From: Raphidiopsis brookii D9
Lineage (GTDB): Bacteria > Cyanobacteriota > Cyanobacteriia > Cyanobacteriales > Nostocaceae
Direction: 5' to 3'
Assembly: GCA_000175855.1 (NCBI GenBank)
Contig: ACYB01000035.1
Coordinates: 494,795-526,794 of the forward strand
Length of the DNA: 32,000 nt
Numbering within the stretch: the stretch's first letter is position 1; each line of letters opens with the position of its first letter. This document shows, in pieces, positions 29,064 through 32,000 of this stretch. Both the position numbers and the translations under genes were made by a program. A model generated the notes under the pieces. The model saw only the letters and a program-made list of their open reading frames with translations. It was not told the DNA's origin and did no database searches.

Positions 29064-29148
29064 GAGTTTTTTACAAAATTTTTAATAAATTTGCCAATTA
29101 GGGATTTTGCTATATGTGGTAGGGGTTTCCGGCTATGGGAGGGTAGGC

Positions 29149-29224
29149 GTGAGTTTTTAAAAAGGGCGATCGCTCATATGGAGTACTTCGCGATCGCATT
29201 TGACCAAGGTAGGAATGCGATCGC
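29149..29224. repeat. Right copy of the psbA-bracketing direct repeat, within a cluster of three HIP1 sites
   Basis: GTGAGTTTTTAAAAAGgGCGATCGC (29149-29173), then HIP1 sites at 29190-29197 and 29217-29224. The left copy looks like this one with the 24 nt between the first two HIP1 sites deleted. Confidence 0.75.
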
Positions 29225-29766
29225 CTTTTATAAAGGGTCTTTCTCGCTGAGGTATTGGAAAAACCAAATAAAATTAGTAGGAATAGGAATGTTATAAACA
29301 ATGATATTCTTTGAAAGAATATGTATTTACTGAAAGTTTAACTTTTATGAGTATATCTGAAACCAGAAGTGTTGAATGTTAAGAAATCTGTGATAAAAAT
29401 AGCCCAAAATATATTAAAATTTGAGCAAGCTATATCAAAATATAGATTTGATCATGATTATAAATTCATTTCCCATTTATGCCAGTCTCATCGCTTATCT
29501 AATTTTACAACTTGTATCTGTTCGTCAAGAATGGGGTAATAAAATGTTAGATAAATTCCGCTATCTTCAAGCTTGTATGTGTCAACAAATTAGTTATGTT
29601 CATTGGATGGAAGATATCATGAGATGTTGACATTTTCACCCTTAATAGGACTACTATAACTGAATATGTAAACTTTTGTAACGACATTCAACATTTCTGG
29701 AAAAATATGATATAATTCATACAAATTATTAATCAATAAGCTTGATCATTAAAATTAAAATGGTTT

Positions 29767-30786
29767 ATGACAATGGTTCAAAAAATCGCCTTATTTAATC
29801 ATAAAGGTGGTGTGAGCAAAACCACTACTACATTTAACTTAGGTTGGATGCTTGCTGAAAAAGGGAAAAGAGTAATTCTGGTAGATACTGATCCCCAATG
29901 TAATCTTACAGGTATGGCATTAAAAGAAGAAACAGAAGAAGATGAAGCCAGAATAGAAAACATTTATCAAAATTCTTCTAATATTAAAACTGGTTTAGCT
30001 CCTGCTTTTGAATCTCAACCAAGAGCTATTCAAGCAGTAGATTGTATTCCCATAGAAGGACAAGAAGGACTATTTTTATTACCTGGCCATGTTGGTTTTG
30101 CTGAATATGAAGTAACGTTAGGTATTGCACAAGAACTGAGTGGTTCAATTCATGCACTAAAAAATTTACCAGGCGCAATTTCTGATCTTTTAGAAAAGAC
30201 AGCTAATAAATTTAATGCTGACTACATTTTAATTGATATGAGTCCCAGTTTAGGAGCAATCAATCAAAATTTATTAATGATTAGTGATTTTTTCTTAGTA
30301 CCTACAACTGCTGATTTCTTTTCAGTAATGGCCATAGATTCTTTAGCTAGAATATTACCAAAATGGTGTGGTTGGGCAAAGAAAGCAAGTATAAATCCTA
30401 TATTAAAAGAAGCTACCTATCCATTTCCAGAGTTTAGGTTGAAATTTTTAGGAACTATAGTGCAAAACTATAGAATTATTAGAGGTAAAGAAACCAGAGC
30501 ATTTCAAACTTGGATAGAAAAAATAGAAAAGACAGTTACTACTAAACTAAAACCTATTTTGGAAATAAATAACTTATTATTACCTAATCAAACATATGCT
30601 GAACAGAACATGAATAGTAGTTTCACTGTGACTAAAATTTCTAACTTTAATAGTTTAATCGCTCTATCACAAAAACATTGTACACCAGTGTACGCACTTA
30701 CACCTGAACAATTAGATCAGGAAGGTATAGTATTAAAAATAATCAAAAAAAACAAGAAGAATTTAGAGAAACTTTTTCCGATTTAG
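29767..30786 (+). CDS. ParA/MinD-superfamily ATPase (deviant Walker A), orphan: no ParB partner
   Basis: 339 aa. KIALFNHKGGVSKTTTTFNLG (deviant Walker A KGGxxK[ST]), VILVDTDPQCNLT (A' motif), ILIDMSPSLG (Walker B). Very AT-rich coding sequence. The annotated 3' end may be truncated by a frame problem at an A8 run (see findings). Confidence 0.85.
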   Translation: MTMVQKIALFNHKGGVSKTTTTFNLGWMLAEKGKRVILVDTDPQCNLTGMALKEETEEDEARIENIYQNSSNIKTGLAPAFESQPRAIQAVDCIPIEGQEGLFLLPGHVGFAEYEVTLGIAQELSGSIHALKNLPGAISDLLEKTANKFNADYILIDMSPSLGAINQNLLMISDFFLVPTTADFFSVMAIDSLARILPKWCGWAKKASINPILKEATYPFPEFRLKFLGTIVQNYRIIRGKETRAFQTWIEKIEKTVTTKLKPILEINNLLLPNQTYAEQNMNSSFTVTKISNFNSLIALSQKHCTPVYALTPEQLDQEGIVLKIIKKNKKNLEKLFPI

Positions 30787-30816
30787 CAGATAAAATTATT
30801 TCCTTATCATCTACTT

Positions 30817-31578
30817 ATGCAGTCAGCAATTGAGCAATTTCGTATTAGTGCTCAGCGTGTTAGAGATTTAATTTCTCTTCATAATTCTCTGAAATCTCAA
30901 GCTACTGCTGCTTTAGATTTATCCGATATATTAAGAGCAGCTTTAGTTCTCATTGTCAGCGCATTAGATTACTATATTCATGAAGTTGTTACATTGGGGA
31001 TGCTGGAAATTCATCGAGGAATACGTCCTGAACCAGTAAATCCTCAAAATTCTGAATCAGCTTTTGGAAAGTTTAAAGTTCCTTTGGGAAGTGCTAGTGA
31101 AGATAGAACAACAGCTATAAATATTTCCTCTTGGATAGAGGGTGAAATACAGCAAAGTTATGGAGATGTCTTTTTGGAAGGTACTCATAATATTTCTAGT
31201 TTAATTCCTGTTATTTGCAATGCTATTGTGGATAAACTAAATAATAGTTCATGGTTAGAAAATGAAATTAGAAAAGAGTTCAGTAAACTAAGTTTTCAAA
31301 TACCAGATAACATTGCTGATGCAATTAGGTACATATCAAATAAAAAATTATGGGAAGAGGTTACTAATAAAATGAGAGGAAATACTACACAGGAATCTCA
31401 AAAAAGTATCAAACAACAATTAAGAGAAATTGTAAAACGCAGAAATCAAATTGCCCATGAAGCAGATATAGATCCTAGTTTTGGTTTAGGAAATCGCTGG
31501 CCTATAGATGAATTAATGGTTAATGATGCAGTAGATTTTATTGAGGAGGTTGTTGAGAGTATTCATCAAATTTTATAG
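30817..31578 (+). CDS. HEPN-like protein (putative RNase) with C-terminal Rx4H motif
   Basis: 253 aa, mostly helical by eye. N-terminal helix ILRAALVLIVSALDYYIHEVV. Near the C-terminus, LREIVKRRNQIAHEADID contains R209-N-Q-I-A-H214 (31441-31458), the Rx4-6H signature of the HEPN superfamily. Starts 31 nt after the ParA-like stop on the same strand. Confidence 0.6.
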   Translation: MQSAIEQFRISAQRVRDLISLHNSLKSQATAALDLSDILRAALVLIVSALDYYIHEVVTLGMLEIHRGIRPEPVNPQNSESAFGKFKVPLGSASEDRTTAINISSWIEGEIQQSYGDVFLEGTHNISSLIPVICNAIVDKLNNSSWLENEIRKEFSKLSFQIPDNIADAIRYISNKKLWEEVTNKMRGNTTQESQKSIKQQLREIVKRRNQIAHEADIDPSFGLGNRWPIDELMVNDAVDFIEEVVESIHQIL

Positions 31579-31625
31579 CTGACGGGGTGACAAACAAGGC
31601 TGAAAACAAGACGGTATAAAGAACG

Positions 31626-31730
31626 TAACGATTTATGGTAAAAAAGATAGGTCAGCTATTGTCAATAAGACCTATCTAACGATTTATGGTAAAAAAGATA
31701 GGTCAGCTATTGTCAATAAGACCTATCTAA
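31626..31730. repeat. Tandem duplication, 2.06 x 51 bp, each unit containing an 8-bp-stem hairpin
   Basis: TAACGATTTATGGTAAAAAAGATAGGTCAGCTATTGTCAATAAGACCTATC occurs at 31626-31676 and again, identically, at 31677-31727. GATAGGTC ... GACCTATC are inverted repeats (31646-31676 and 31697-31727). Confidence 0.9.
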
Positions 31731-32000
31731 TGAAAATGTTACCCTTATTCTATCAAAAGCACTTAAAAAGTCAATTGAGTTTAGCAGAATATCTGTTCCT
31801 CAAAATTTTGGTGAACATCTTACAGTCAATTAAAAATGTGAATTTAGAAAGGTTAGCGAATGGCGTACCGTTACCAATTAAATTTGAAAGTAGAAGAAAA
31901 AGAATACAAAGATTTTTATCATTACCAAATCTAACAATTGAAAAAATTTGGTTTCCCATTATTCAGGAATGGTTATCAATATATTTTACCAATGAAAAAA
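31730..32000 (+). mobile_element. 5' part of an IS4-like (DDE) transposase gene, running off the right edge
   Basis: Open frame from ATG 31730/31736 to the window end: (MK)MLPLFYQKHLKSQLSLAEYLFLKILVNILQSIKNVNLERLANGVPLPIKFESRRKRIQRFLSLPNLTIEKIWFPIIQEWL... The LA..xPxPIxFESRR+xxQRFL / WFP pattern is the N-terminus I associate with cyanobacterial IS4-family transposases. Family assignment is tentative. Confidence 0.6.

Noticed and set aside
29091-29301. Mutually antisense ORFs 29091-29297(+) and 29110-29301(-) upstream of psbA
   Set aside because: The region is dominated by three HIP1 sites and the right direct repeat. Neither translation has protein-like features, and mutual antisense ORFs in an intergenic repeat cluster are most likely chance.
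29421-29630. 69-aa ORF (TTG start; 58 aa from the internal ATG) in the AT-rich leader of the island
   Set aside because: No RBS, no recognisable motif, alternative start codon. It cannot be excluded as a small island-encoded membrane peptide, but support is insufficient to call it.
29767-30786. Interpretation as the chromosomal partition gene parA/soj
   Set aside because: There is no parB or parS-like partner. The gene has extreme AT bias and sits in an IS-adjacent, HIP1-free island, paired with a HEPN-like gene. This is inconsistent with the housekeeping soj-spo0J locus.
31626-31730. Possible CRISPR array
   Set aside because: Only two directly abutting 51-bp copies, with no spacers and no cas genes in the window.
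31771-31959. 62-aa reverse-strand ORF
   Set aside because: It is antisense to the open transposase reading frame, which has a family-typical N-terminus.

Overview
This window reads as a chromosomal segment of a filamentous (Nostocales-like) cyanobacterium. Evidence: at least 24 HIP1 octamers (GCGATCGC) counted by eye, plus psbA, psaI, ndhF, the alkane pathway pair ado-aar followed by accA, a tocopherol cyclase, a Tic22-like protein and a KaiB-domain protein. Positions 1 to about 29.2 kb are ordinary core genome: ruvC (partial), a yvcK-like gene, tsaE, prmC, a thioredoxin, an NnrU protein, an RbcR/Ycf30-like LysR regulator, an SDR, folE, a HAD hydrolase, a Hanks-type Ser/Thr kinase, wecB, an MBL-fold hydrolase and three tRNAs (Ser-UGA, Arg-CCU, Ala-CGC). 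Two genes below the 60-aa ORF-track cutoff were recovered by hand: psaI and a 50-aa Cys4 mini-protein. The right end is different. psbA (Glu130, D1:2-like) sits as a complete expression unit between 25-nt direct repeats. Beyond it, about 29.3-31.7 kb is strongly AT-rich and HIP1-free. That stretch carries a two-gene cassette, a ParA/MinD-type deviant-Walker-A ATPase followed by a HEPN-like protein with a C-terminal Rx4H motif. A 51-bp tandem duplication and the 5' part of an IS4-like transposase follow. I consider the ParA-like/HEPN pair the best candidate for an undescribed conflict or defence module. A second candidate just upstream of psbA is a PD-(D/E)xK nuclease-like domain fused to a long TPR array. 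Two genes (a squalene/phytoene-synthase-family gene and the ParA-like gene) look frame-disrupted at homopolymer tracts that also fit -1 slippery heptamers; assembly error is the simplest explanation. A decayed ABC-permease relic lies next to tRNA-Ser. All calls rest on by-eye translation and motif recognition. No database search or numerical scan was run.
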